Part shown: one piece after another, positions 40,616-49,748 of the stretch
Numbering within the stretch: position 1 is the stretch's first letter
Layout of the letters: every line of letters starts with the position of its first letter
From: Alphaproteobacteria bacterium
Lineage (GTDB): Bacteria; Pseudomonadota; Alphaproteobacteria; SP197
Length of the DNA: 64,000 nt
Direction of reading: 5' to 3'
Assembly (NCBI GenBank): GCA_964291415.2
Contig: OZ219919.1
Coordinates: forward strand, 32,001 to 96,000
Position numbers and translations under genes: made by a program
The notes under the pieces: model-generated
The model's input: only the letters and a program-made list of their open reading frames with translations
Databases searched by the model: none
What the model was told of the DNA's origin: nothing

Positions 40616-40964
40616 CGGTTTTCCGGTGGTCTTGCGATGGCGCCTTGCGGCACGTCCGATGGTGCTGGCCCGCATCGGGGCAGGTCATCTCTCGCCACAG
40701 CGCTCTGGCGGCCGTCCATGACGCCATCTGTCCCGGTCCGTTTCATGCCGGCGACAGGCGATGTCCGTACAACGCGCTCTTCGACGCAGGACCGGCGAGA
40801 TGACGCGAACGGGACCGCGGGCATGCCGGCGAGGGGCAACCCAGTACTGTGCATGATCGGCGGCAGGCACCACCACCGCCGTCGCTCGTTTCCATGGGAG
40901 TTCCCGAGCGTTATCGTGTCGTGCCGACCCATTCGCGATCGGGTCGGTTGGAGGAGAGAATCCA

Positions 40965-43310
40965 ATGATGCGCCAGGTTCAGCCTGTACCCGTCCGGACT
41001 GTCGCCGCCGCATTTCTGACCGCAGCGCTGCTGTCGATGACAGCGGGCACAGCCCAGGCGGAGACTGCCGACGATACCGCACTTCGAAACGCCGCCTGGG
41101 ACGGCAAGATAGACGAGGTCGAGCGTCTGCTCGAGAAGGGAGCCGACCCTGACGTGCCCGACCACAACGGCTGGACCGCGCTGCACGCCGCAGCCGAACA
41201 TGCCGATGCCCGCATGCTGGAGATGCTGCTGGAGTCCGGCGGAAACCCCAATCTGCAGGACGCCAATGGCCGCACGCCGTTGATCCTGGCCGCCCTCTTT
41301 CCCTATGACGAGCTGAGGTCGCAACTCGCCATCCGGATTCTGCTCCGCTTTGGCGCCAAACCCGACCTTTCCGACAACTCGGGACGCACGCCCCTGTTTG
41401 CTGTGGCGATCAATCATCAGCAGCCCACCAGCGCCCGCGACCTTCTTGCGGCCGGCGCCGACCCCAACAAGCGAGTGGGCGGAGGCATCACTCCCCTCCA
41501 CGCGGCTGTTCACAGTGAGAGCAAGCTCAGCGTCGGCATGGTGCAGGCGCTGGTCGATGGCGGTGCCCGGGGCGATATTGTGAGCGCCCGAGGCGAGACG
41601 CCGTTGCAGCTGTTCGTGCGGGTCGGCAGCAACGACGGCCGGATCGTCGACGCCCTGGTCGATGTCGGCTCCGACGTCAACGCGAGGAACCCGGATGGCG
41701 AATCGCCGGTGCACACGGCCATACGCAACGGAGGCTCCTCGGAGAACAATCGCGTGGTGGAGGCCCTGCTCGAGGCGGGCGCCGATCCTTGCATCAAGGA
41801 CGCCTCGGGCTACATTCCCTACAACACGGCCCGCGAGGGTGGCGAGGTTCACACCATGCTTGCCAATGCCGGCGGCAGCGACATCGGCTGCCAGGGCTCC
41901 GAGGCTCCCGCGGCCGACTACATCGTCGATCCGGCGGACTGGCCGGGCGAGACGACAGCACGCTCGAACATCCGCTCGGGGCCCGGAACCGACCACGACG
42001 TCGTGAGGACGCTGGATGTCAGCACACCCGTCCATGTGACCGGCACGGTCAGGAACACGGACTGGCTGGAAGTGGAAGTCGGAGGCTCGTCGGCCTTCGT
42101 TCATGCGTCACTGGTAGAGAAGATCGAAACCTCGACGTCAATGGAGCCGCGCGCCGATGTCGACGCGGACAGCGTGGAGGAACCGGAGAGAGTGAAGCGG
42201 GAGTACGTGACGGGACACCGCATGACCTGCGTTACGGAACGCGGTGGCATCAGATTGACCGAGATTATTGACAGCATCATGGCAACCGAGCGTGGTGTTG
42301 AGGAGGATGATGTGTTCGACAATCTGGACTGGCTGGAAAGTGGCGTCTGCGCCGGGTTCCTTGTCAGGAGCTTCCTGGGACAATGCGACAGTCTGAAGGA
42401 AGCGTGTGAGTGGCCCTGCGAGAATCTTCATTGCAGGGAGGAAGGGTGGACATTCGAATATGAGCCTCTGAGCCGCTACGACAAGGGTGGACCACTGGGG
42501 CCGGCACTCCTTGAATTTGCCGAAGCCGCGAGAACCGATCCCGACGGGGTGTTCGACGATTCGATAGCCCAGCTCGAAACCGTGTGGGCGGAGACCCAGG
42601 TCATGCTGGACCGGATCGCGCGTGGCGAAGATCCGGCGCAGACCGCAGCCATGCTCGAGGAGGACTCCGCCGACGAATTCGCTGTTGAGAGTGCATCGCA
42701 GGAGGTATCCAGCGGCGGGGATGCAACGGTCGCGGCCATCAGCACTGAGCCGAAGTGCTCGGATATACGGGGCGTTATGCCGTGGGATACGGTCTGCTGG
42801 CGGTACCTGACCCAGCCGTCGGATTGTCAGGTTCTCCTGCTGCCGTACGAATTCGACCCAAACAATTACACCAACACCCCGGAAGGGGAGGAATTGACGT
42901 GGAGCGGCGCTTGCGAGAGAGGAGTCGCAACCGGGCAAGGGGTCATAACCTGGACGCTGGGCGGTGATACGGTGTTGGCGAGCCACACCGGGCAATTCGT
43001 CGACGGGGTCCGACAGGGTCATTGGGAGGAGGAGTTTGACCTGCATGCGGACCATTACGGAAGGGAGTCGAAAGGGCCGTATGTCGACGGCCTGCGCCAC
43101 GGCGACTGGGTCGATCATTCCTGGGGTACAGGATTCGAACAGTACGACATTGAAGAAGGCCCGTACGTGAAGGGCAAGAGAAGCGGATCCTGGCTTTTGC
43201 GACATTGGAACCAGAACTATCGCCAGAACTATGGCGATCAGGAGTCGTGCAACGATGCGGAGTACTCTGACGGAGACCAGGTTTGGGCTTCTCCGCCCTA
43301 TTGGTGCTGA
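40965..43310 (+). CDS. Secreted ankyrin-repeat protein with a bacterial SH3 domain and a C-terminal MORN-like repeat region
   Basis: Signal peptide ending AQA; about 8 ankyrin repeats (TALHAAA, TPLILAA, TPLFAVA, TPLHAAV...); SH3b NIRSGPGT...W..V; repeated G.(F/Y)VDG.R.G.W units. Confidence 0.88.
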   Translation: MMRQVQPVPVRTVAAAFLTAALLSMTAGTAQAETADDTALRNAAWDGKIDEVERLLEKGADPDVPDHNGWTALHAAAEHADARMLEMLLESGGNPNLQDANGRTPLILAALFPYDELRSQLAIRILLRFGAKPDLSDNSGRTPLFAVAINHQQPTSARDLLAAGADPNKRVGGGITPLHAAVHSESKLSVGMVQALVDGGARGDIVSARGETPLQLFVRVGSNDGRIVDALVDVGSDVNARNPDGESPVHTAIRNGGSSENNRVVEALLEAGADPCIKDASGYIPYNTAREGGEVHTMLANAGGSDIGCQGSEAPAADYIVDPADWPGETTARSNIRSGPGTDHDVVRTLDVSTPVHVTGTVRNTDWLEVEVGGSSAFVHASLVEKIETSTSMEPRADVDADSVEEPERVKREYVTGHRMTCVTERGGIRLTEIIDSIMATERGVEEDDVFDNLDWLESGVCAGFLVRSFLGQCDSLKEACEWPCENLHCREEGWTFEYEPLSRYDKGGPLGPALLEFAEAARTDPDGVFDDSIAQLETVWAETQVMLDRIARGEDPAQTAAMLEEDSADEFAVESASQEVSSGGDATVAAISTEPKCSDIRGVMPWDTVCWRYLTQPSDCQVLLLPYEFDPNNYTNTPEGEELTWSGACERGVATGQGVITWTLGGDTVLASHTGQFVDGVRQGHWEEEFDLHADHYGRESKGPYVDGLRHGDWVDHSWGTGFEQYDIEEGPYVKGKRSGSWLLRHWNQNYRQNYGDQESCNDAEYSDGDQVWASPPYWC

Positions 43311-43589
43311 CCCTGCAACATCGACGGAGGGTCGCCTTGGGACTCTCCTTCAATTCTATCGGACAGAACTGCGCTCCAGCGTGATTCGGCGTCCATCCGG
43401 CATCGATCCGATCATGATCCTTCATACCGGTGAGCACACGGATCAACAGGGCCACCCACGACGATCCCCGCTGCGTCGAGCCCGTTGCCATCGCCGCAAC
43501 CGTCGTCATCATCCGGATGCGGCCGTATCGAGCAGCGCGGCAATCACCTCCCCGATCCGCTCGGCGGCAGCCCCGGTCTCGCGGTTTCC

Positions 43590-43948
43590 TGTGTGAGCGT
43601 AGCGCAGCGCCATGGCCCCGCGTGTACGCCGACCTGCGCGGCGTCGGCGTGCGCGATGAGGAAGCCGTCGAGCATCTCCGGGAGGCGTTCTGTGGTCGAT
43701 GACCCTCCTTTCCGCACCAGGACCGCGCGGGAAGAGGCGGAGAGAGCGCTCTATGGACGAAATGAGTGCGGTCCGCACGGCGCTCGGACGACCTGCGAGC
43801 CAACTTCGAGGATCCGGATGCACAGGGGCCCCGGGCCTGCGTCCAACGGATGCGGACCGATCATCCCGACCTCGATCCCGCGGTTCTCGCCGCGGACGCC
43901 GTGTTGGCGGTCGGGGAGTTCCATCGGGGCCTGCGGAACCACGCCTGA
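43590..43948 (+). pseudogene. Probable relic of a type IV TA pair (antitoxin 3' end + internally deleted, frameshifted partner)
   Basis: APWPRVYADLRGVGVRDEEAVEHLRE* resembles AbiEi-like antitoxin C-termini; an overlapping GTG (43692) with a GGAGG RBS is followed by fragments AVRTAL/DDLRANFEDPDAQGPRA...LAADAVLAV in shifted frames. Family assignment is from memory. Confidence 0.45.
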
Positions 43949-43979
43949 TTGTGCTACATGACCTGTCGACTACGGACAC

Positions 43980-44993
43980 ATGACACGATCCATGCATGAA
44001 TTGTCTGTGGCACCGATGATGAACTGCACGGACCGTCACGCCCGCGCCTTTCTCAGGTGTGTCACGAAACACACCCGCCTCTACACGGAGATGATCGTCG
44101 CCGACGCGGTGGTTCGCGGAGACCGCCAGCGCCTGCTCGCATTCGACGAAACCGAACATCCCGTGGCCCTGCAGATCGGCGGCTGCGATCCGGGAACGCT
44201 GGCCGCTGCAGCGCGGATTGGCGAGGAATTCGGCTATGACGAGATCAATCTCAATGTCGGCTGCCCCTCCAGCAGGGTCCGATCCGGCCGGTTCGGCGCC
44301 GCGCTGATGGCCCGTGCCGATCTCGTCGAGACCTGCGTGGCGGCCATGCGCAAGGCGGTCTCGGTGCCGGTCACGGTCAAGTGCCGCATCGGCATCGACG
44401 CCATGGACGAGGAAGGGACGCTCGCCGCGTTCATGGCCACGGTGGCAGGAAGCGGCTGCACCACCTTCATCGTGCATGCCCGCAAGGCCTACCTCAACGG
44501 CCTGTCCCCGAAGGCGAACAGGGAGGTGCCGCCGCTGCGCCACGACGTCGTTCACCACACCAAGCGCCGGTTTCCCGAATTCGACATCATCATCAACGGC
44601 GGAATCCGGGACCTCGCCTCGGCGTCGCACCATCTCGACCATGTCGATGGCGTCATGATCGGTCGCGCCGCCTACCGCACACCCTACATGCTGGCCGAGG
44701 CCGACAGGCTGATCTTCGGCGTTGATGAACCACCCATGGAACGCTGCCGCATCGTCCTGTCGTGGCTGCCCTATCTCGAGGAACGTCTGGCCGAGGGCGT
44801 GCCGCTGGCCCGCATGAGCCGTCACATGACCGGTCTCTACCACGGAGAACCGGGGGCAAGGACCTGGCGCCGCCTGCTCACCGAACGGTCTTCGAAGCCG
44901 TCAGCGGGCGTGACCGCGATCAGGGAGATCCTCGAACGCGTCGAGGACGGCCGTCAGGCGCCGGCTCAGGCAGGGGCATGGCAACAGGCCTGA
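43980..44993 (+). CDS. dusA: tRNA-dihydrouridine(20/20a) synthase
   Basis: SVAPMM, LYTEM, EHPVALQIGG, NLNVGCPS.RV.SG.FGA.LM, VHARKA.L.GLSPK.NR.VPPL. Confidence 0.95.
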   Translation: MTRSMHELSVAPMMNCTDRHARAFLRCVTKHTRLYTEMIVADAVVRGDRQRLLAFDETEHPVALQIGGCDPGTLAAAARIGEEFGYDEINLNVGCPSSRVRSGRFGAALMARADLVETCVAAMRKAVSVPVTVKCRIGIDAMDEEGTLAAFMATVAGSGCTTFIVHARKAYLNGLSPKANREVPPLRHDVVHHTKRRFPEFDIIINGGIRDLASASHHLDHVDGVMIGRAAYRTPYMLAEADRLIFGVDEPPMERCRIVLSWLPYLEERLAEGVPLARMSRHMTGLYHGEPGARTWRRLLTERSSKPSAGVTAIREILERVEDGRQAPAQAGAWQQA

Positions 44994-45355
44994 AGCTTGT
45001 TGCCGTCGTGATCGCGCAGATAGGCGCCGTAGTAATGCTCGTGGTAGTGGGGCCGCGGACCCGGTGCGCCTTCGTCCGTCGCCCCGAGGGCGAGTCCGCA
45101 CGCGTGAAAGGCGTCGACCGCCTCCCTTGACGGCGCCAGGAAGGCCGCGTGGGTGCCGTTCCCGGCCGTGGCTTCCTTTTCATTGAACGGCAGGCAGACA
45201 AAGAGACCCGGGTTCCCACCGGAGGGACCATAGCCGGCGAAACCGTGTTCCGGTGACGAGAGCAACCGGACGACGCCAAGCGGCTCCAGTATGGCGTCGT
45301 AGAACTGCAGGGCGCGTTCCAGGTCATTGGTGCCGAGTGTGATGTGGCTGAACAC
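44966..45355 (-). CDS. VOC (glyoxalase/bleomycin resistance) family protein
   Basis: FSHITLGTNDL, GNGTHAAF, DEGAPGPR, YYGAYLRD.DGNK. Confidence 0.92.
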   Translation of the reverse strand: MFSHITLGTNDLERALQFYDAILEPLGVVRLLSSPEHGFAGYGPSGGNPGLFVCLPFNEKEATAGNGTHAAFLAPSREAVDAFHACGLALGATDEGAPGPRPHYHEHYYGAYLRDHDGNKLQACCHAPA

Positions 45356-45359
45356 TGTG

Positions 45360-47723
45360 CTACCTCCCCAGTTCGTTCATGGCCTGGTCCATCGACGCAA
45401 CGAGCGCATCGGCGTGGCTGCGCTGAAAGACCATGGGCGGACGAATCTTGAAGACATTGCCGAAACGTCCCTCCCTGCCCACAAGGACGCCGAGTTCCCG
45501 CATCCGGTTCTGCACCGCCACCATGCCTTCAGGGTCCGGTTCCCGGGTGTCGCGGTCCCGGACGATCTCGACCCCTGTGACAAAGCCATGGCCGCGCACG
45601 TCTCCGATCATGGGATGGCGGTCCATGAGACCTTCGAGGCCGGCCTTGAGGTGGCCGCCGGTTGTTCGTGCATTCTCGAGCAGATCCTCGCGCTCGAGAA
45701 CATCGAGGACGGCAATGCCGGCGGCACAGGCGACCGGATTGCCGCCGAACGTCGAGAAGAGTCCAAGGGCCCGGGAGAACTCTTCGAGTATCCCGGCGGT
45801 GGTGACGACCACGCCGAGAGGAAAACCGTCGCCCACGGGCTTGCCCAGAGTGACGATGTCCGGCTTCATCCCGTGATAGTCGAACCCCCACATGTGTGTG
45901 CCCGGACGGCCGAAGCCGTACTGCACCTCGTCTGCAACGATCATGCCGCCGGCGGTACGCACCCGCGCCGCAACCTCCCGCAGGTATCCGGCAGGCACAT
46001 CGGGAATGCCGTTGGAACAGAACGAGGTGTCCACCATGAAACAGGCCGTTCCGAATCCCGCGTCATCGAGTTGCCGGATGGCCCGGTCGACATCGGCGGC
46101 GTAGAAGGCGGCGGGATCGCAGTCCCCCTCAACCGGGTTGCGGTAGGGGTCCGGTGAGATCAGCGTGCGCACGTGCGGCGCTGTCGCTTCGGGGCGTTCC
46201 GGCGAAAGATGACTGATCGCCTCGGTGATTCCGTGATAGGCATCCTCCATGACAATGCCGCCGCGCTTGCCGGTAAGCAGTGTGGCGATACGCCAGGCGA
46301 TGTCGTTGGCCTCGCTTCCCGAATTCACCATGATCGAACAGGTGAGATGGTCGGGCATCGTCGCCTGCAGCCTGTCGGCATAGTCGGCGAGGATACGGTA
46401 GACGTAGCGTGTGTTGGTGCCGAGTGCCGCCGCCTGGCGGGATATGGCGTTGACCACGTGCGGATGGCAGTGGCCGACACTGGGAACGTTGTTGTAGGCG
46501 TCAATGAAGGCGCGGCCGTTGGCGTCGTAGAGAATGGCGCCTTCCCCCCTCTCGACATGCAGGGGTTTCTTGTAGAAGAGCGTCAGGTTTCGGCCGAGCC
46601 ACCGGTGCCGCCGTTCAAGTTCGTGGTCGAGTGCATCGGACTCCGGTGTTGTCACCGTGCCTTTCGGGCAGCGCTGCGGCAGGCGCAGGGCATCGCGGAA
46701 AGACCCGGTGGCGGCGTCGGGACCGGTCTGGAACATGATGTCGAGGGCTGCGAAGACATCGAGATCATATCCGGGCATGTACGGTGGAGAGCCAAGGCGC
46801 GCCACGGCCCTGCGCGCCACGATGACCGCGCCGATGGCAAGGCGGGCGGCGACCATGTCGAAGAGGACATCAGCCTCTTCTTCCCGCAGGGCGAGAATTG
46901 AATCAAATCCGATCGCCACATCGATGATGTCTTCCAGAGGCCGGTCCGAACCAAGGGCATAGTTGTCGCATGCCAGGGCAATCTCGGTGGCCACGGGCCC
47001 ATGCATCATGTCGCCGAAATCAATCACGCCGAGGGGTTCGTCGGGCGTGTCCGCATGGGCGACGACATTGTTCCGGTTGGCGTCGTTGTGAATCACCTGG
47101 CTGCGGAAATGGTCCCAGCGGGGCAGGACGTTCTCGATGAAGCGGTCAAGCGCGGTCTCCACGAGTTCGCGCGACGAACGTTGCGCGATGTCGCCCGTGT
47201 GGACGCGCAGCTTGGGCGCCTGGCGGATGTCCCACAGCAGGGTATGCCGGGCGGCGGGGTGGAAGAAGCCCTCGAGGGCACGATCGAGGCGCGCCACCAG
47301 GGCCCCCAAGCCGTGACGCTGCCGGCGCGTCGAGGGGAACGAATCAACGCTCATCCCCGGGACCCAGGTCAGCAGGCGCACGATGCTCTCGCGGCCATCG
47401 GGTGCGGTGGCCCTGGCAAAGGGTTCACCGGCGAGGGTCGGCACCACCTCGGGCACCAGGATATCCGGGGCGGTGACGGCGATGTGGCGAAGCGCGGCGT
47501 TCTGGAAATCAACAACGCTCGCCTCTTCCTCCGGATGGTGAAACTTCAGGATCCAGCGGTCCTCGCCGCTTTCGAGAAGAAAGTTCTGATCCCGGTCCGA
47601 GTCGAGTGGACGGTACTCGCCCTCGACGCCGAAGAGCCGGCTGCTGATGCCCGCAAGCTCGGAGTCGGGAAACCCTGGAAGGTCGGTAACAAGGTACTTG
47701 ATGTTCTCGTCGCGTCCGCTCAT
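45360..47723 (-). CDS. Phosphotransferase (hydroxylysine-kinase-like) fused to a class III PLP enzyme (phospho-lyase-like)
   Basis: N-terminal APH fold (DQNF, IHNDAN..N, IDFGD); C-terminal YNNV..VGHCHP, NSGSEAND, AYHG, DEVQYGFGR, TLGKP, TFGGNP. Confidence 0.88.
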   Translation of the reverse strand: MSGRDENIKYLVTDLPGFPDSELAGISSRLFGVEGEYRPLDSDRDQNFLLESGEDRWILKFHHPEEEASVVDFQNAALRHIAVTAPDILVPEVVPTLAGEPFARATAPDGRESIVRLLTWVPGMSVDSFPSTRRQRHGLGALVARLDRALEGFFHPAARHTLLWDIRQAPKLRVHTGDIAQRSSRELVETALDRFIENVLPRWDHFRSQVIHNDANRNNVVAHADTPDEPLGVIDFGDMMHGPVATEIALACDNYALGSDRPLEDIIDVAIGFDSILALREEEADVLFDMVAARLAIGAVIVARRAVARLGSPPYMPGYDLDVFAALDIMFQTGPDAATGSFRDALRLPQRCPKGTVTTPESDALDHELERRHRWLGRNLTLFYKKPLHVERGEGAILYDANGRAFIDAYNNVPSVGHCHPHVVNAISRQAAALGTNTRYVYRILADYADRLQATMPDHLTCSIMVNSGSEANDIAWRIATLLTGKRGGIVMEDAYHGITEAISHLSPERPEATAPHVRTLISPDPYRNPVEGDCDPAAFYAADVDRAIRQLDDAGFGTACFMVDTSFCSNGIPDVPAGYLREVAARVRTAGGMIVADEVQYGFGRPGTHMWGFDYHGMKPDIVTLGKPVGDGFPLGVVVTTAGILEEFSRALGLFSTFGGNPVACAAGIAVLDVLEREDLLENARTTGGHLKAGLEGLMDRHPMIGDVRGHGFVTGVEIVRDRDTREPDPEGMVAVQNRMRELGVLVGREGRFGNVFKIRPPMVFQRSHADALVASMDQAMNELGR

Positions 47724-47854
47724 CGATCCTCGTGTCCCGTTGCCGGCCCCGCCGGAGTGTGTCGCGATGCACCGGAGCGATCAAGGCGCGACGTGGCTTG
47801 CGGCATCATGCTCTTCGCGCCAAGGTTGGCCCACCATTCAGGGAGTGTCGCGGC

Positions 47855-48814
47855 ATGTGTCCGGACCGCAATCAGCCCGTCGATGCATCCGTCGTGCCGC
47901 GATTCGGCGATATCCCGACATTCATGCGCCTGCCCCACACGCGCCATGCGGATGGCCTCGACATCGCCCTCGTCGGCGTTCCCTGGGACGGGGGCACGAC
48001 CAACCGTGCCGGCGCCCGTCATGGACCGCGCGAAATCCGCAACCAGTCGAGCCTGATGCGCAAGGTCCATCACGTTTCCCGCATAGCACCCTACGATCTC
48101 GCCCAGGTGGCGGATCTCGGCGATTGCCCGGTCAATCCCATCGATCTCATGGATTCCCTCGCGCGGATCGAACGATTCTACCGGACGATCCACCGGGCAG
48201 GCGCCCTGCCGCTGTCGGCCGGCGGCGATCACCTGATCACCCTGCCAATCATGCGCGCCATCGCCCGCGACCGGCCCGTCGGCATGGTGCACTTCGATGC
48301 CCACAGCGACACCAACGACCGTTACTTCGGCGACAACCCGTATACCCATGGAACGCCCTTCAGGCGAGCGGTCGAGGAAGGCCTTCTCGACCCTCGGCGC
48401 ACCGTTCAGATCGGTATCCGCGGATCGATCTACGGCGCCGGTGACATGGAATTCGCCGAAGAAAGCGGCATGCGCATCATCTACATGGAAGAGTTCACCG
48501 CGACAGGCCCGGAACAGGTCATCCGGGAAGCGCGTCGCGTGGTCGGCGACGGTCCAACCTACATCAGCTTCGACGTTGACGGGCTTGATCCGGCATTTGC
48601 GCCGGGAACCGGCACACCTGAGATCGGCGGCATGACAACGCGCGAAGCCCAGGAGGTGGTGAGGGGGCTCCAGGGTCTCGATCTCGTGGGTGGCGACGTG
48701 GTCGAGGTGGCGCCACCCTTCGATCCCAGCGGAAACACGGCACTGGTCGGGGCAACCTTCATGTTCGAGATTCTCTGTCTCATCGCCGACCGGGTGGCCC
48801 GCAACCGTGACTGA
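47855..48814 (+). CDS. speB: Ureohydrolase (agmatinase / guanidino-acid amidinohydrolase family)
   Basis: GGDH, DAHSD, HGTPF, SFDVDGLDP, APGTGTP; the exact substrate cannot be determined from sequence. Confidence 0.85.
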   Translation: MCPDRNQPVDASVVPRFGDIPTFMRLPHTRHADGLDIALVGVPWDGGTTNRAGARHGPREIRNQSSLMRKVHHVSRIAPYDLAQVADLGDCPVNPIDLMDSLARIERFYRTIHRAGALPLSAGGDHLITLPIMRAIARDRPVGMVHFDAHSDTNDRYFGDNPYTHGTPFRRAVEEGLLDPRRTVQIGIRGSIYGAGDMEFAEESGMRIIYMEEFTATGPEQVIREARRVVGDGPTYISFDVDGLDPAFAPGTGTPEIGGMTTREAQEVVRGLQGLDLVGGDVVEVAPPFDPSGNTALVGATFMFEILCLIADRVARNRD

Positions 48815-48835
48815 ACCCGCCATGCCCACGGGACC

Positions 48836-49543
48836 ATGACGGCGGACCGGTGGTGGAGTCCCTGGCGCGCGGTGGACGACACGACCATCCTCCATGTGGA
48901 TCTCGTGCTCTCGCCGGATCGCGAGGAGCAGGCGGTCACCCTGCTCGACGAAGCCGAGAGAGCGCGGTGGAAACGCTCTCTTTCGAATCAGGCCCGGTAC
49001 GCATTCGCCCTCTGCCGGGCGGCCCTGCGCATCACCCTGGCCGAGCATGCCGGTTGTGACGCGGACGACCTCTCCTTCGGTCATCTGGACCACGGCAAGC
49101 CCTTCGCCATCATAGGCGGCACGCGTTCCGGCATCGGCTTCAACGTGTCGCACAGCGGTGATCACGGCCTGATCGCCATCGGCGGACACGGCGACCTCGG
49201 CGTCGATGTGGAAGCACGTTCCCTGCACCGTGATTTCACAGGGCTCGCCAGCCGGGTTTACGGACCGCGGGAACGCCGGCGGCTGGCCCAGGTCTCCGGC
49301 ACCGCGCGGATCCGTCTCTTCTATCGCCTGTGGACCATGAAGGAAGCGCTGCTCAAGGCCACCGGCACCGGCCTGTCACTGGGTCCGTCCCACTTCGAGG
49401 TCCCCGAACCGATGCTCGACGGCGCCCGCGCGTGCCTCTTCCGGTTTCCGCACGATCCCTCCCCACCCCTGCGCCTCGTCGATCTCGGAGAGGAACGATT
49501 CGCCGCTGCCCTTGCCTCGAGGGCCGGCACGCGCGTTCCCTGA
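48836..49543 (+). CDS. Sfp-type 4'-phosphopantetheinyl transferase
   Basis: GKP, FNVSHSG, GVDVE, WTMKEALLKATGTG. Confidence 0.92.
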   Translation: MTADRWWSPWRAVDDTTILHVDLVLSPDREEQAVTLLDEAERARWKRSLSNQARYAFALCRAALRITLAEHAGCDADDLSFGHLDHGKPFAIIGGTRSGIGFNVSHSGDHGLIAIGGHGDLGVDVEARSLHRDFTGLASRVYGPRERRRLAQVSGTARIRLFYRLWTMKEALLKATGTGLSLGPSHFEVPEPMLDGARACLFRFPHDPSPPLRLVDLGEERFAAALASRAGTRVP

Positions 49544-49748
49544 CTCTCCGGAGATCGCGTCATGGCCGTGCCACGCCCGTGAATTCCGGGACGCGCGACA
49601 CATGACAGTCCGGTGAAGCCAATGTCGAAAGGCGCGTCGCCGCACCCGGAGGACTTCCCTTGCGACCCGGCGCGGATTAGGCTTGATCCTCGAAAGCATG
49701 CCCGTTGCGGCATGCCCATGAACAAGAACTGACAGGGAAAGCGCCAAC

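Noticed and set aside
40461-41152. Short ORFs upstream of the ankyrin gene (40461-40721, 40498-41082, 40637-41152)
   Set aside because: No recognisable motifs or RBS and atypical composition; not supported as genes.
39898-44014. 9-bp direct repeat tgtggcacc at 39898 and 44006 (inside the dusA 5' end) as possible attL/attR
   Set aside because: The match is too short, no integrase is present, and the left copy is explained by the putative sigma-32 -10 element of hslV.
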